Positions 28,061-41,514 of a stretch of 64,000 nt of DNA are shown piece after piece. Each line of letters opens with the position of its first letter. The stretch's first letter is position 1. The stretch spans positions 14,337,480 through 14,401,479 of the forward strand of contig CM121342.1 of assembly GCA_051530055.1 (NCBI GenBank), in the 5' to 3' direction. This DNA is from Neoechinorhynchus agilis (taxonomy: Eukaryota; Animalia; Acanthocephala). The position numbers were made by a program, and so were the translations under genes. The notes below the pieces were generated by a model. It did no database searches. It saw only the letters and a list, made by a program, of their open reading frames with translations, and had not been told where the DNA came from.

Positions 28061-28999
28061 CAAGCGTCTTACATTTCATGGAGTAACGCATCTTGCACAG
28101 CTAGATTTAAAAACTTACAAACAGTGATTGATGAGGCGAGGTTTCCTCGCGAAATTTTTCATTATAATAAAATGATTTCTAACCGGGATTATCTTCATCA
28201 CAAGTCAAAACCTATTTTGGTTTTCTTGATTGGGTTTTTGGTGCACTTTTATTTTAATTTAGATTTTTAAACTCATATAAAGAGGCAATTGAAAACTAAA
28301 TGCCTTGTTTGGTCACCTATTTTTAGATTCCTTAGTTTTAAGAACTCCAAAGCATTTTGGTGTCTTACATTTGATCTTACATAAGATAAACCGTTTTTGC
28401 GATCAACAGGTTCATGGGCGATTAAAACGTAAATTCTGAGGGCCAGTTTGTATAGTCAAACGTTTAATTTGAGTCACCATCTACAAGTGCACTCCATCTG
28501 AAATAAAGACGACGTTGTTTAGGCTCTCATACGATAGATTCTTGGACAAAACATCATAGCAAACTCAGGCTCATCTCGATCTCGTTTTTTGGAGGTAAAT
28601 ATTTAAGATGGTGCCGTCGAATTTAATTTAACATATATGAGTTTCAAATGTCAACTGTGCTTGAGAAGTTCGTCGTTCTAAACAACAGAAGTACGGTGAA
28701 ATTTCGTTGTATTTTATATATATTTTATACGACTAGATTTTTATTCTAAAGAGCTTAATGCGTGACAATTTATGGTATCGGTACAATAAAGAAACTTTCA
28801 TTATTTATCAATTCATTCTTATGCAATCATATTTTTCTTAAAATTATAATTCTCTATACATCCAATCATTCGACGTGCACCTTTGTTCCGCTGCAGCTGT
28901 CATCTCTTAAATTCAGTGAATTTATTAATAATTTATTTATTTTTTCGATTGCCATTTTTTTCAGCGAAACCAAGAAGTTTTCAGCAAAATGAGATTTTA

Positions 29000-29700
29000 A
29001 ACATCCACGCAACCGCTCTGGATCACTCAGCTGCTTTCTTGTTGTAATGGTCGAAATTACGGATCCAGTGTTCCCCAGTCCCCGGATCATCATTGATTCG
29101 TTTTAGTCTCTTTGACAATTGATTGACCAGGTCCTGCATTGCGGTACCAAACGACCCGAGTGTTTTGACGCCAAAAGGAATTCCGATATTTGGTCTTTTT
29201 GCGGCCTTCATCGGCGACTACTGCTCCACCCCCGGATTTATTTCAGTCATTCAATAGTTAAAATTACGTCCAATCTCGCCGCCACTCAAGGTCGTGTCCA
29301 CAATGCAGGCTGCGTTCCTTCGCTTACAGAGGTATTGTGGTCGTCGGTCGCATCCCTCATTCGACGGCCTATTTCTTGGCATAGTTTAAGGGCGGACTCC
29401 TCGAGCTCCCCATAAGTATCGACCCTAATTAGCACGAACTTGTAGTTATTTTGCCGATTTCTTCTTTTTCGCTTCGGACCCTGCACCTCCCAGCACCGAG
29501 GACGCATTACTTTGATTGCCTGTTACTAAAGAATTGACGCATGTGGCGTCCCTGATTAGACATTTTCCCTATCGCCAAGGGGTGCATGCCATCAGATCGA
29601 AATAGATGACCAAAGTTGGGGATATTAGGAGCATGGACCTTCAGTTTGCCCCACGATGCGCCTACTCGACCATTTCCACACCAGGTCTCGGACATTTTAC
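29000..29700 (-). mobile_element. Two tandem decayed CRE-clade 3' (RLE) fragments
   Basis: 29260-29700: LKVHAPNI..LFRSDG, PWR*GKCLIRDATCVNSL, VDTYG..CQEIGRRM. 29000-29260: GGAVVADEGRKKTKY, IPFGVKTLGSFG. Confidence 0.72.
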
Positions 29701-30059
29701 TTTTGGTAAAACATGCTACTCGTACACAACATTAGTCAATCAGAATCACAGTGAAAGGTTTTATGTTCGGTTCTAGAGGATAGATAATAAAGGATCATTT
29801 AACCCTTAGATTCGCATTTTTTAAATTTCTACATTAACGGTGACTAAGGGCGCCCCTTCCCAAACGCGGATATCAGCACACTTAGGTTAGCAGTTTTCAA
29901 CTTTTTGTTTTAGTCACGACACAAAGTCGGTTTGTGATGGCGATCCCACCTTTGAAAACCAAAATATACTTTTTAGAAAAAATGTCATTCCTATTCTTAG
30001 TACAATTGTTTTGATGGTTCAAGCTAAACTTACAAAACAGAAAAAATTTTTTTGTTTTG

Positions 30060-30530
30060 GTATTTAATTTTTTACATAACATTAGGCCCATTACATGTCA
30101 TCCGGACGCTGGCAGCGTTCCCACGCTGGACCGCCAGACTCAAGTTTTATCGCAAGAAAGTAATTAACTGCGGCTCTTTCGTTACACTCGCGATACGTCG
30201 CCCCAGTTCAATCACGAATTCCGCTGCGGCCTTTCCAAATACCCCGTAAGTCTCGACTCCGAAAGGCAGGAACAAAAACTGAGAGGCTAACTCATGATAC
30301 TTCGCGGTCTTACGTTCCTTCGCTCTCGTTGCCGCGGCTACTGCGCCTAATTTAGCGGTCGTTATATTGCTGTTTGCCAGCGTATCGAAGCATGTTGCGT
30401 CCCATATAAGGTATCTGCCACGTTACCAGGGAGAGACCGTTACCCCGTCAGGACGTTTCCTGTCTGAGCGGCAGAGATTATTTTGCTCCAGGATGCTTTT
30501 TTTATTTGCCATCATCGAACCACTCGATTC
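30060..30530 (-). mobile_element. Decayed CRE-clade 3' (RLE) fragment
   Basis: ILEQNNLCRSDRKRPDGVT; LIWDATCFDTLA; ERKTAKYHEL; LPFGVETYGVFG; LSLAVQRGNAASVR. Confidence 0.8.
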
Positions 30531-31932
30531 CATGGGTCGATTATTTTGTTTCGTTACTTTGAATTTACTTTAAAAAATTCAGCACCTAAGATCATCTCCT
30601 AATTAGTGTGGCGGTTGAGCTCGCTTTCTGCTATTGAGTGTGGCGTTTTACGTTGCGCAACGAGTAAAGTAACATGGCGTGTTGCTTGAAGTGCTGCTTC
30701 ATTTATTTAAGAAAAACGATGCTTCTTCCTCTTGAAAAATTCATTCGTTAAGTTGATAAATTCTGGACGTAGAGACGTCAAATGGACCTTTTCGTCGTGT
30801 TAGGTTTTTTTTCAGCAGCCAGCACCCTTTTTGAAACAAGACGCATTGCGGGTTCTCTTTTTCATCCGGCGCATTCGACAAGAACAGTGAAGCCGTGCCG
30901 CAGGCACACTTCTTGGTACGGTCGCTTTCGTCCGGCCATAAACACGAGAAGTCGATCTGGGGATAAAAAGGATGAGTTTGAAATTGTTGATTTGGTAAAC
31001 AAATGCCATCATCGTAAATCGACTCGTAGGAGTTCGAGCGGTAATGCTGTTGACCCTCGACGCGAGAGCAGTAGATAGACCTTGACGAGCGCCGAGTGTC
31101 AGCGGTATCACTGCTCCGAGTTAATCGGTGATGACAGCGAAAGAGAGGAAGGGTCTGAGCCGCCAAATTCCGCTTGGGGCAGCACCTACGACAAAAATGT
31201 AAGCGAGTTATTTTTATCGGTGTACAGTAAAATGTAGTCAAAAGTTGATATGCACTATCTTAATGAAGAGCTTAGTACTACAGACGACCCCAACCGAACC
31301 CAAGGTTGAGAATTATCGAAGAGACTGACTTTCCGCTCGGTATGAATAGCTCGTTTGCTAAACTGCACCGCTGAGTTCAATATTACATTCAAAGGGGGAT
31401 GTTTAATCTCTTACAGGATAGTTAGATCTCTACTAAGTCGGGTTCAAATGCTCTTTTTTACATTGGAGTTTTGAGGGAAAGTTTGTAACCGGCCTCCTTA
31501 ATTAAGCGCTAGAAGTTATTGTACTCACTCGCTAAAATCATAGTTTGGTCATAATTGATCGCGTGACCGGGAGAGTTCCGTCTAAGATAAAGTTGTTGGA
31601 AAAAAATGAAGAGAGCCACAGAAATTCGATTTAGTGGGACTCATAAAGATAGATTCATTAAACTTAAATCGTACCGAGCGCACTGTTCACGTTATAAGTT
31701 TAAGAAATCTAGCCTACAAAACCTGTCACCGGATAGATTTATCATGTAAGACGTTAACGAAATTTGGTTTCCCGTGCTTGTAGATGGCAGGGAAGGTTTT
31801 GCTTTGAGGTATGACTGTCGTGTTATAGTTTCGTGAAGTTTGTAGATCTCAGAGTTCGTGGTTTAAGCTGAAGGAAATCGCAACCTGTCTTATCTTTAAG
31901 CCTTTCTCTTTCTTTGTAGATATATACAAACG

Positions 31933-33871
31933 ATGCTGATAAAGGAGGAACCCGTCGATGATGAAGGTCGTAACGCAGCACCGCAGGTAGCTTTTATCTG
32001 AGCTTAAAGTTTGTATTCAATTTATTAGACATCGATATGCAATAACACAATACTGGCAAATCTTGGTATATGCACTAATGTTCGCCGAATGCTATATCGT
32101 ACTAATCGTACAGTCTCTTGGATGTTAAGAAACACCTTTTATCCTACTGTGGTTTGTTTGCACCTCAAACTTCATTGTATCAAATCGAGCGAATTCTAGT
32201 GCACCGAGGTTATTGCAAAGAAAGGATCATATTTAGAAAATAACTTAAAATTATGCCTTTCAGTGATACAGGGATATTCAAGGCCTCTAGTAATGTCCTT
32301 AAATTCTATGGCGAGTACTTTGTATACTCACGAGTGTATGGAGAAGTCTTACGTTAAATATACAAGGTACACTTTCTACGTAAATTATTTTCTCAAATTT
32401 AATATATTTTCCGCAGTAAACTCATGGAATTCAAGGATGGCGGAAAGCTAAAATTGGATATTGCTTCTCCACCTACGAAACAAAGCGATGAATTACTTAA
32501 AAAAGTTGCACTTGTCCTACCTGGAGTTGAAGGTAAGCCTCCCGTTCATTTACTATTGTCTTCTTGCAGGAACACTTATTATTCTTTGTGAGTTTGCCAC
32601 TGTATTTCAGTTCATGCAGCTTTTAGTGATGAAGAATTTCCTTATTCCTGCAGTTTATTTTTGTTAGTGACTAATATAATAAAGATGCCGACGAATTTTT
32701 TTAGTATTTAGTACCCATATACAATGCTTATCACCTCGACTTTAACATTCAACAGATTTTTCACTTTTCATATAGGTTCGAGCGACGCAAACTACATAAC
32801 TCGCATTGCTAAAAGTTTGCTAAAAAAGAACCACGAGGTTGTTGTCATGAATTACAGAGGAACCCTCTGTGAGCTGACCTCAAATTTGAAGACGAAAAGT
32901 GCTCTGGATACTAATGACCTCGCCTGCGTCCTCGAATACATAAAAGCAATATATCCAAAATCACGGTTGCTTCTAATTGGATTCTCTTTGGGCGGGTATG
33001 AGATTTGCGAAGGTTTTCACGAAACGATTTTATTTTAGTATAATTTCCTCCAACCTACTTTCTAATCCTTCAATCAAGCAACGCGAGCTGGTCGATGCAG
33101 CGTTTCTAGTGTCATCAGCTTTCAATCTCGTAGAGTTAGAGAAAATAATGTCAAGTTATATAAATAGTAATTGTGTTCGGAATCGATATACAACATATTT
33201 GTATCACCGGGAGGAGAAAATTGGCTTAACTATGTTCCGAATCATGATTAAATGTCACTGTTGCTTGTGAGAGCTTGTTCACAATTTTAAGCACTTCTCC
33301 TAAATTACAGATTCTGAACACAATTAGCAAATTTCTGGCTAGCACGTTTCTCTATTCTAGAGTAATAGGGAGACTATTAAAGTAATTCTTTTTCTTCTTT
33401 TTAGACTTCATCTTCCCTTTCGCAGCCACAAATCGATTCAGAATGCTAAGCAACTTGACATCAATCGGATAAGGAATGCAAAATGTGCTCGGGAATTCGA
33501 CAATGCCTACACCATCCCAGTATATGGATATCCTGATGTTGATTATTATTATCGAAATGCTTCGTTTCACGATAAACTTCATCAGATAGCTATCCCTACT
33601 GTCTACATGAACGCCCTTGACGATATATATTCTCCCGCCAAGAGTACGTAGGAGGCAGTCAAATCGGCGACACTCTTAATCGATTTTAATTCCAGTTCTA
33701 CCACTTAAATCAATACAGAATTGTGACAACGTTGCCATGATTACAACAGATTATGGTGGGCACATTGGATATGCAAAAGACCTATCGCCTTACTCTGGTT
33801 TCTATGTTTGTGATGTTCTCGAAGATTTTATTGGCTTGCTAGACAAAGGGAAAGTGCCTTGTAAAAATTGA
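31933..33871 (+). CDS. Alpha/beta hydrolase, ABHD1/2/3-like, multi-exon
   Basis: MEFKDGGKLKLD; VLPGVEG/SSDANYI; VVMNYRG; nucleophile elbow IGFSLGG; REFDNAYT..YGYPDVDYYYRNAS; acid motif MNALDD; His motif YGGHIG. TGA at 33869-33871. The start (MLIKEE at 31933) is less certain. Confidence 0.85.
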
Positions 33872-34867
33872 TCAATTTGAACTGAGCGACAAATCACAAA
33901 AGATACCTATAAGTTATTAAAACTTGATTTATTAATGTGAGGTTCTAATCGAGCAGAGCAACAACAAGCTTGAGCCAATTTAAACAAGCTCAATATCGAT
34001 TCAATCAAAGCTTGATATTAAACGTTTTCTTTGAAGAAACAAGATTTCTGAGTTTCTCTTCTACTATCAACAAGCTCTGAAGATCATTACCGTTGTCCGC
34101 TCTATTCAATAACAGGATTCCCTATTTCGTCCCTAAAATTTTGCGACTTTATTACCCTAGAGTTTTGTTGCATAATAAAGCTTGAGAGTTTTAAATATTG
34201 CGGTAGATTGGGAGATAACAGCTAGATTTTGAATGAAATGCTGAATATGAGCAGGATTTTTGCCGGCACTTATATATTGTAGAATTTCGAAGATTACCTA
34301 TTTGGGAATTATTATGAATGCTCTACAAAAAAACGGACACCTATTAAGGGTATTTATTTTCTTTTGTTTAATTTTGGAAGTAAAAGCTGTAATTTCGTCC
34401 GTAGCAATGATTCGGCTAAAAAGACATGAGATACGAATAGAGGTATAATTTAACTTGATTTCGCTGGTTATTTCGGTGGTTGCTCGTTTAATAGAAGCAA
34501 TCTTGTACCCCGCTGCGGATTTTAAATTTCGGGTTGAATTGTGTTAGAAAGCCATTGATTTTTTAAAAACAACGAATACGTTGGCGAGCGAATTTTTTGA
34601 GTAATAAACGAAACTTAGAATTTGCAATAACTACGGCTTTTTGCTTGAGTTTGCGAAGTTTGATTTTTTTAAGCATTTTGGTTTGTGTTTGTATTAGTTC
34701 TAACTTTTATTTGTTAACCAAACAGAAAAATTGGAACCGTGTTTCCTATAAAATCTTGCCAAGCAAGAAATCTCCCCGTGCATTTATTTCGCGATCATTC
34801 ATTCAAACACACACAAATATATGACTAACTATATGCTTTAATTATTTTGTTTCAAACGCTTTAATAT

Positions 34868-35365
34868 TTACTCCGTTGGACTACTTCTAAGCACGGATTC
34901 GATGTAATCTGCAAGTTTAACATCTTTTTTGGTTATACCACCCTCATCGTGGGTTGTGAGTTCGATTGAGACCTAACGAAAGCTCAATCACGATTTTGCA
35001 CTTACCGAAGTAATCACCTGATTATAGACATTCCTGAATTCCGGATGATGACGGATACGTTCAGCATAAAGAGCTACTCTTGTCATAAATCCAAAAGCCT
35101 TATTCATGGAAAAAGAGAAGATTTGAATTTGAAAGTCAAAAAACGTACCGCATTGAAATCTTTAAAGCTGAATTCCCTGTAAAGCGAATCTCGTTCCGCT
35201 TTTATTCGCCACCCTTTACTGACGAGTGGTCTAAGGAGATCATCTCGTTCTGATCCTTGGAGCTTTAAATTCTAAACGAATAACGAAGAAGTTGAGCAAA
35301 AATGTGTTGAACTGAACCGCACGAGAATTTTAGTTATAACCCGCACAAAATCGTACTTCGGTCAT
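34868..35365 (-). CDS. PCBD: Pterin-4-alpha-carbinolamine dehydratase (PCD/DCoH), 4 exons
   Basis: Manual splicing gives MTE|[41 protein letters not shown]|[27 protein letters not shown]|[34 protein letters not shown]. It contains the family motifs FxFKDF, AFGFM, HHPE and THD; all three introns are GT-AG. Confidence 0.92.
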
Positions 35366-36494
35366 GTAAAGACAAGAGTCGTTCCTTGGTTAGCGAATAG
35401 AAAGAGAACGCGCAATGTGTGTTACTCACGAACTATGTGAGTGTTGTTTATCGAATTCGTAAGTGAATGTGCGAATGTAAGACTCACGTTTGCCATGCGT
35501 TTGCTAGTGAATGCGGAGATTCGCTGAAGTTGCAGTAATCGTTGAATTGGCGTCATTGGAACAAATTCTAATGGCTTGCGGACAATTAATCTGAAAGTTA
35601 TTAAAAAAAAGACCTTAATGAAAAACACTAAGTTCACTCTTGAAAAATAATCTGGAACGCAAAAAGATTCGAGTGTTATGGTGCCGAATTCTCCTTCAAA
35701 CAGTCACTTATAACCAGAAAATACTGAGGCTAAAAAACCAATCCATGCCAGCTAAGTTTATCGATCTCGTGTTTAAAAGTCAATTAAAGATTGTTCTGTA
35801 TTCATGAATTTTAAAGCGGGTTGTTTATCGTAGTACAACACACTAAATCCGACAAAAGTGAAATTTTCGTTGTGCATTTATCGATCTTATATGATGTCGA
35901 AAATGAAGGCAAAGTGAAGGAAGATGACAGGTTTTTTCCTATCAGGTTTTTGTGATTTGGCCAGCTGTACAATTTGATAGAATGAAACCGTTCGCACAAT
36001 CCGATATTATTAACAAGATATCGGAATAACCGCTTTGTAAACTCAAATAAATTATTCTATTTCATAGTTTGTAATAATCTAAAGCAACTTTTGACTGCTC
36101 GACGGTTAGTAGTTTATTTTGAAATAGCAGCATCTGATTTTGGTCAAAAAAATTGGAAGCAGAGGCGCTACTAAAATTTGAACAAAATATTCGCCCAATC
36201 TGCTATAGACTTACAAGAGTCACGAGAGATTCAATGCAAGTTAAAGTATATTTAGAAGATAAGACTACGAGTTTGTTATCAGCTTCAATATTATCTTGCG
36301 AAAGCATCGGTCGACTGGTAAACGAAGAGAGTTACCGTCTTTAAAATTAAGAGACTGTTTTTATATGATACAAAAAATTAAAGGAATGCATTATATTTCG
36401 GAACAATATTGTGCCTTTATCAAAGTTGCGTGTAAGTTTTCTACATGCGATTGTGCCTCCGAAATATCGGATTCAGTAAATAAATTACTTCAAT

Positions 36495-36720
36495 TTTTTC
36501 GACAAGTGCCTTTCGGGATCGAAACGTTCGGGCCCTCGGAGAATCCGCACTTCAGCTGGTTTCAGATATAGCGGAGCGGTTGATGGCGATGAAAAAGGAC
36601 CCACGTGCGACAGCATTCCCTAGACAAAACATCTCCCTCGCAGTACAACGAGGGAATGCTGCCAGCGTGAGGAAAACTGCGGCTCCACAGAACATTATCT
36701 TTTAAAATTTATTCAATTAA
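36495..36720 (+). mobile_element. Short CRE-clade 3'-end fragment
   Basis: VPFGIETFGP, then AERLMAMKKDPRATAFPRQNISLAVQRGNAASVR. Confidence 0.7.
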
Positions 36721-37199
36721 AAAAATGTAAAACAATTCAATCCTCAAACAATTATGAGACTATCGTTCCTCAAGGTGTATCATGCTAAGAACAAATTTAG
36801 TGGTTACAAGTTAACGAAAGTGGTTCATTTCCTTCACTCACTGGTATTTCGCACACGAACAATGGAAGTATGTGAATTTTGAATAAAAAATGTAGCACTC
36901 AGAGACATTACTGTTGCGCGACAATGTGAGAACATGTTAAGTCATCGAAAATTCAAAAAAATATGAATTCTCACATCGTCATTTTTAACCTTGTCTTAAT
37001 GATTTCACTTTTATACAAATGACTTAGACGCTAATTTGAACTGTTGAATTATATGAATCGAATAGATGATAAGCATTAAATATTCTTGATAATAGGGCGG
37101 CAAATGTTCATTGACTACTGAGATATTTAATAATTTTATATTTGGTGTAGAAAGTTTTATCAAAAAATCAGTCCTTTAGAAATCGTTTTAGTCAATCTT

Positions 37200-38237
37200 G
37201 TATGAAAACTTGCGAGCTACGCTTTGATGAATGCCCCACTATGAAACGAGAAAATATGTTCAATCAATTCTTACTAACGCTGAAGAAACGTGGAAGGATT
37301 GACTCGGAAATATATAAAAAAATCGATCCAGCAATCGGAAAGCACACAAAATGTACTCATTGGCTAAAATACATAACTCGCTATTTCCAATACTATCTTG
37401 ACTACAAATGAATATTTTGAGCTATCAGAGGTATTAGCTGCCGGCGGATAAGCACACAGTATCATCGAGTGTGGAGTTCCTTGGAAAATTGAGGGCCCCC
37501 GGGAATACAGAATATAGAATGGTTTCTGCCGATGTCAGGTCTCTATTCACAAAAGTGCCATTGGAATCAGAGGTCAACCTCGTGATTCCTATACTTCAAC
37601 GCAATTTAGAAGGATGGAATCTAGCCATAGGCAGAGATACGTGGATAATAATTTTATCCTAATCGGCAAATCCACAGAGACGGACAAGTTCTGCCGCATG
37701 TTGAATTCAAAGCACAGCAACATTCAATGGACCGTAGACTCGGAGAATAACAATACGATCCCACATTTTGAACGTTTTGATATCTCGACAAGAGCAGAGT
37801 TTGCAACCATTGTATATAGGAAGATAGATATACAGATGGACATAAAATTGCCAGGATTATGTCGCTGTTTGATCGTGCCTAAAATTCCTTACACCGAATG
37901 TGAAGTCATTTATGGGCAAAACCAACAATTTGTAAAGATAGCCGTGAGTTTTTTCATTTTGAATTTTGAATTCATTTTTGAGTTCTAGAAATAAACATTT
38001 TCGTCGCTTCCTCTCTTCATCTACCAACTGAATTTGTCACAGAAACGCGCCTGTAACTGTAATATTTCGAACATTCGCCTGCTTTTCGATGAACGCAATG
38101 TCCACATTCTGCATTGGTTCAATCAATTGTCTTCTTTTGGGAACTGTTTGGTCGTGCCTACAACTATTGCTCCAACCAAGATTCCCTCAATAATGAGTTA
38201 GAGTTTCTTGTGATTATGCTCAAAAGAAAAGGCTACC
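37200..38237 (+). mobile_element. Penelope-like element relic, RT and start of thumb
   Basis: MVSADVRSLFTKVP; RYVDNNF..FCRMLNSKHSNIQWTVDSENNNTIP; TIVYRK; LFGRAYNYCS..LNNELEFL..LKRKGY. Confidence 0.8.
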
Positions 38238-38244
38238 AGCGCTG

Positions 38245-39636
38245 GTTTATTTCAACTTATCATAAGCGGTCGATTTGATTAAATGCTTCAGATGTTTTCA
38301 ATGAGTTCTTGGCGTCGGAATCTATTCCAATTAATTTTTTAATTTCCTCGACCGAGTTCGAGCACTGATCGAGATTGGGGCCCGTAACGAAAATTGATTA
38401 TCCGTTGGATCTGCGTCTTAATCGGGAACAACAATAACCACGCTGAACTTTTCTTCTAACGCTTTTATAGCTTCTCCATTTGCACCGATGATTGTTGAGC
38501 GCTAGTTCATTTTAATTTCAAATAAGCGGTCGATTTGATTGAATGCTTCGGATGTTTCCATTGAATTCTTGTCGTCGGGATCCATTCCAATTAATTTTTT
38601 TATTTCTTCGATCGCATTCGAGCACTGATAGAGATTGAAGCCCCTAACGATAAATTGATTATCCGTTGGATCTGCGTCCTCATCGGGAGCAACAATCACC
38701 ACGTCGAACCTTTCTTCTAACGCTTTTATAGCTTCTCCATTAGTACCGATGATTGTTGAGCGCTGGTTCATTTTAACTTCCACTAAGCGATCGATTTGAT
38801 TTGATTGAATGCTTCGAATGTTTCCATTTAGTTGCCGTTAAATTAAGTATCTTGGGCGTTAATCATTCTGCATCCTCAATGGAGGATACAGTTCCTATAA
38901 AAATAACACCTCCTTCATTTCCTTTCGGAAAGCGGATATCTATGGATACAATTTGATTAATAACTTTTTTAAGATTTGATCCACCGCGACCTATTAGACT
39001 CCCATGGTACCAGAAGAGAATCTTGACAATCTTCACAATTTTTTGGACGTTTTGAGCACTCTTGTTGCTTCTAATAACTTCTTTCCAAAGACCGTCAACG
39101 AAAGATTTAAATCGAAAGGGAATTTGACTAATACGTCCAAATTGAACATAATTGGTAATATATGAAATTTCATATTTCTATAAATTTCGTTCGACAGCGA
39201 AGACGGAAACTGAACCTCTATATGAACCGCTTCCTTTTAATCTTCAACGATTTTGTTTATCCGTCCATAAACGATGTGCACGTCAGTATTGGTGCCGTAC
39301 ACACGGATTAGATCCAGAGAGTTTCCGGCTTTTTCACGAAAAGTGCCTACCAGGGCCCGGTATTGTTCTCTCAAAGTCTTTAGATATATTTGCGTTACAA
39401 AGAAGTCAGCAAAGGCTGCTGCTTCTCGAACTTCCCTTGCGTATATTTGCTTTTCAACGCGTTGACCCATACTTTCAGTAACCTTTTTAATCTCTTGCAA
39501 AGCAATATTGGCATTTTGTCCGTAAAGCAATATCTTGTCTTTGTGATTGCAATCAATGTTGACCTTTAGTACCTCGTGGACCTTCTTGAATAAACCACTT
39601 CGGTCAAAGAAACGCATATAGTGTATAGCATTCTGT
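38245..39636 (-). pseudogene. Multi-KH-domain (vigilin-like) gene relic, left copy
   Basis: Mirror of 45606-46745. KH units EVKMNQRSTIIGTNGEAIKALEERFDVVI. Shares the in-frame TAA and the frameshift with the right copy. Confidence 0.65.
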
Positions 39637-40619
39637 CATCATCATAGGAAGCTATACAAGCGAATGCGGAATTAACTAATTAATGATCCAACCAATCACA
39701 GCAATAAAAGGTATGGGCATACCTACATTGCGAACAAAATGGTGCAACGTTGAACAATCAAATCTAGGGCTTAAAAGGGTTTCGCATGCCCTAAAAAATA
39801 TAATTAATAATAATTAACTATTATTTAATGCACCGAATGCATTACCCGCAAATCATATTTCGGTATTACTTCTCAAAAGTATTACGCAATTGGCTTTGAA
39901 GATTACTGTAATATTTTCTACTATGAATCGTTCACAACGATCTTATATTCATTATCATATTATGAAAATTCTAAAAAACGATGATATGACCTTTTACTAT
40001 TCTCGGGGCATTTAAATTACAAATAATTTTTGTAAAAATAAACTTATTTTCAAACATAAAGAAAATCGTTTTGGATGATGCTTAAAACTACCTGCCAGTA
40101 AGGTATTAAAAATCAATGGGAAACGCGGCGCATATACGGTCCCCGACCTGCGAACCTAATCCATATTTTAGTCATGCTAACTTAATCTTACACTGACCAA
40201 TATGAAAACGTGCCCGACATGGTCAATAAAGAAAAGACCAAAACTTTGAGAGGGAAACATCACCCTTTGACTTAGCTAGATGAAGTTCTCTACCGTATAA
40301 GAAAAACGACTTTGGCTTGGTTTTTGGGAACTGATATGTCAACCGTTTTGAGAAATGAGAATTAGCCACCAAAGAGTCACTGATGTACAGCAGAGCAGCT
40401 AATTGGTTGCATCGAAAAATAATTTTATTGAGGCATTGAACAAGGAAATTCTAAGGGATTACAGTTTGAATCTCTTATCCAGGAGATAATTTTTGTAGAA
40501 GTCACATGTTACCAAATCATACCCGCTATCCTGAAAAGCACCGCTTGAGAGGTAACCGTTGGTCTAACGGAGCATTACAGTAAAAAAGTGAAGGTGTTAG
40601 CCGTGAAAGTAGGACTCGG

Positions 40620-41060
40620 TAGCTCGAGTAGTTGTTTTTATTCATTTGTGCGAAGGATCATTGGAGTCGACCCCAGATTTGAAGATAAATCTTAAAATAT
40701 ATTTGTAGCAACGAATTTAATAGGTCCGAGCTGCCAAGCGCTCCATACGTCTCTACCCCGAAGGGGACAAAATAGTGGGCACTTGCTAAATCCCTATATT
40801 TTCGTACCTTCCTCCCTTCCGCTGCACTGGCTGCACCTTCAGGGATTTAACGAGAGTACGGAATGTTGCTTACTGTGAGGGTATTAACACGCGTGGCGTC
40901 CTGAAGAAAGCATTTGCCCTCCCGCCACGGAGAGACCGAAATTCCGTCAGGCCGACGTCCGTCTAGTCGGCAAAGATGGGCGGGTTACAATATTTTGGGG
41001 AAGTTCGCCGTTCTCAACGCCCGAGAAATTACGCTATTGATCTCAGAATGCAACATCAAC
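40620..41060 (-). mobile_element. Decayed CRE-clade 3' (RLE) fragment inside the left-arm-specific segment
   Basis: HSEINSVISRAL; CRLDGRRPDGISVSPWREGKCFLQDAT; AAEGRKVRKY; YFVPFGVETYGALG. Confidence 0.8.
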
Positions 41061-41514
41061 TTCCATTGTAAATAATGATTCTAAATGAAAAGTGATCTAT
41101 TGTGTATTTCAGTCCTCCTTAATAACACCACCATATAACATCGCTTAAGTTGATTTAGAGATTTCGGCATTCCACTGTGGACTGCCAGTTTTTATTCTGT
41201 TAAATTTGAAACATATGCCTCACTAAATTACTCTAAATGTTACCTTAGAATAAAGGACAGATCAGCTTCCTTTAGCCGGCTTTTGGCCGATAATCCCCCA
41301 ACAGTTGCACGTATATCTCTTTTCACAGAACTTTAATCTGCAATGATCTCTAAACTTACAAACGACTGCATAATCACGCCCGGGATCTCGTAGTGCAAAT
41401 CAGAGTTACTTCCTCTGTTTTTAAATAATGGAAATAGCGTTTTCCATATTATCGAAAATTTCAATCGAATGACCGACGAATGGAAGTGAAAAGGCGACTG
41501 GGATTGTAATTTTA

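Noticed and set aside
30741-31700. Spliced minus-strand gene (Cys-containing frames, plausible splice sites) or plus-strand ORF 30782-31078
   Set aside because: Several overlapping open frames, none with a recognisable domain, and I could not assemble a consistent stop-free model.
40900-40990. GC-rich three-way-junction RNA with CTGAAGA and GAAA, suggesting a hammerhead or HDV-like ribozyme
   Set aside because: Stems do not fit either topology, and the minus strand translates cleanly as the CRE endonuclease motif RRPDGISVSPWREGK, which explains the GC content.
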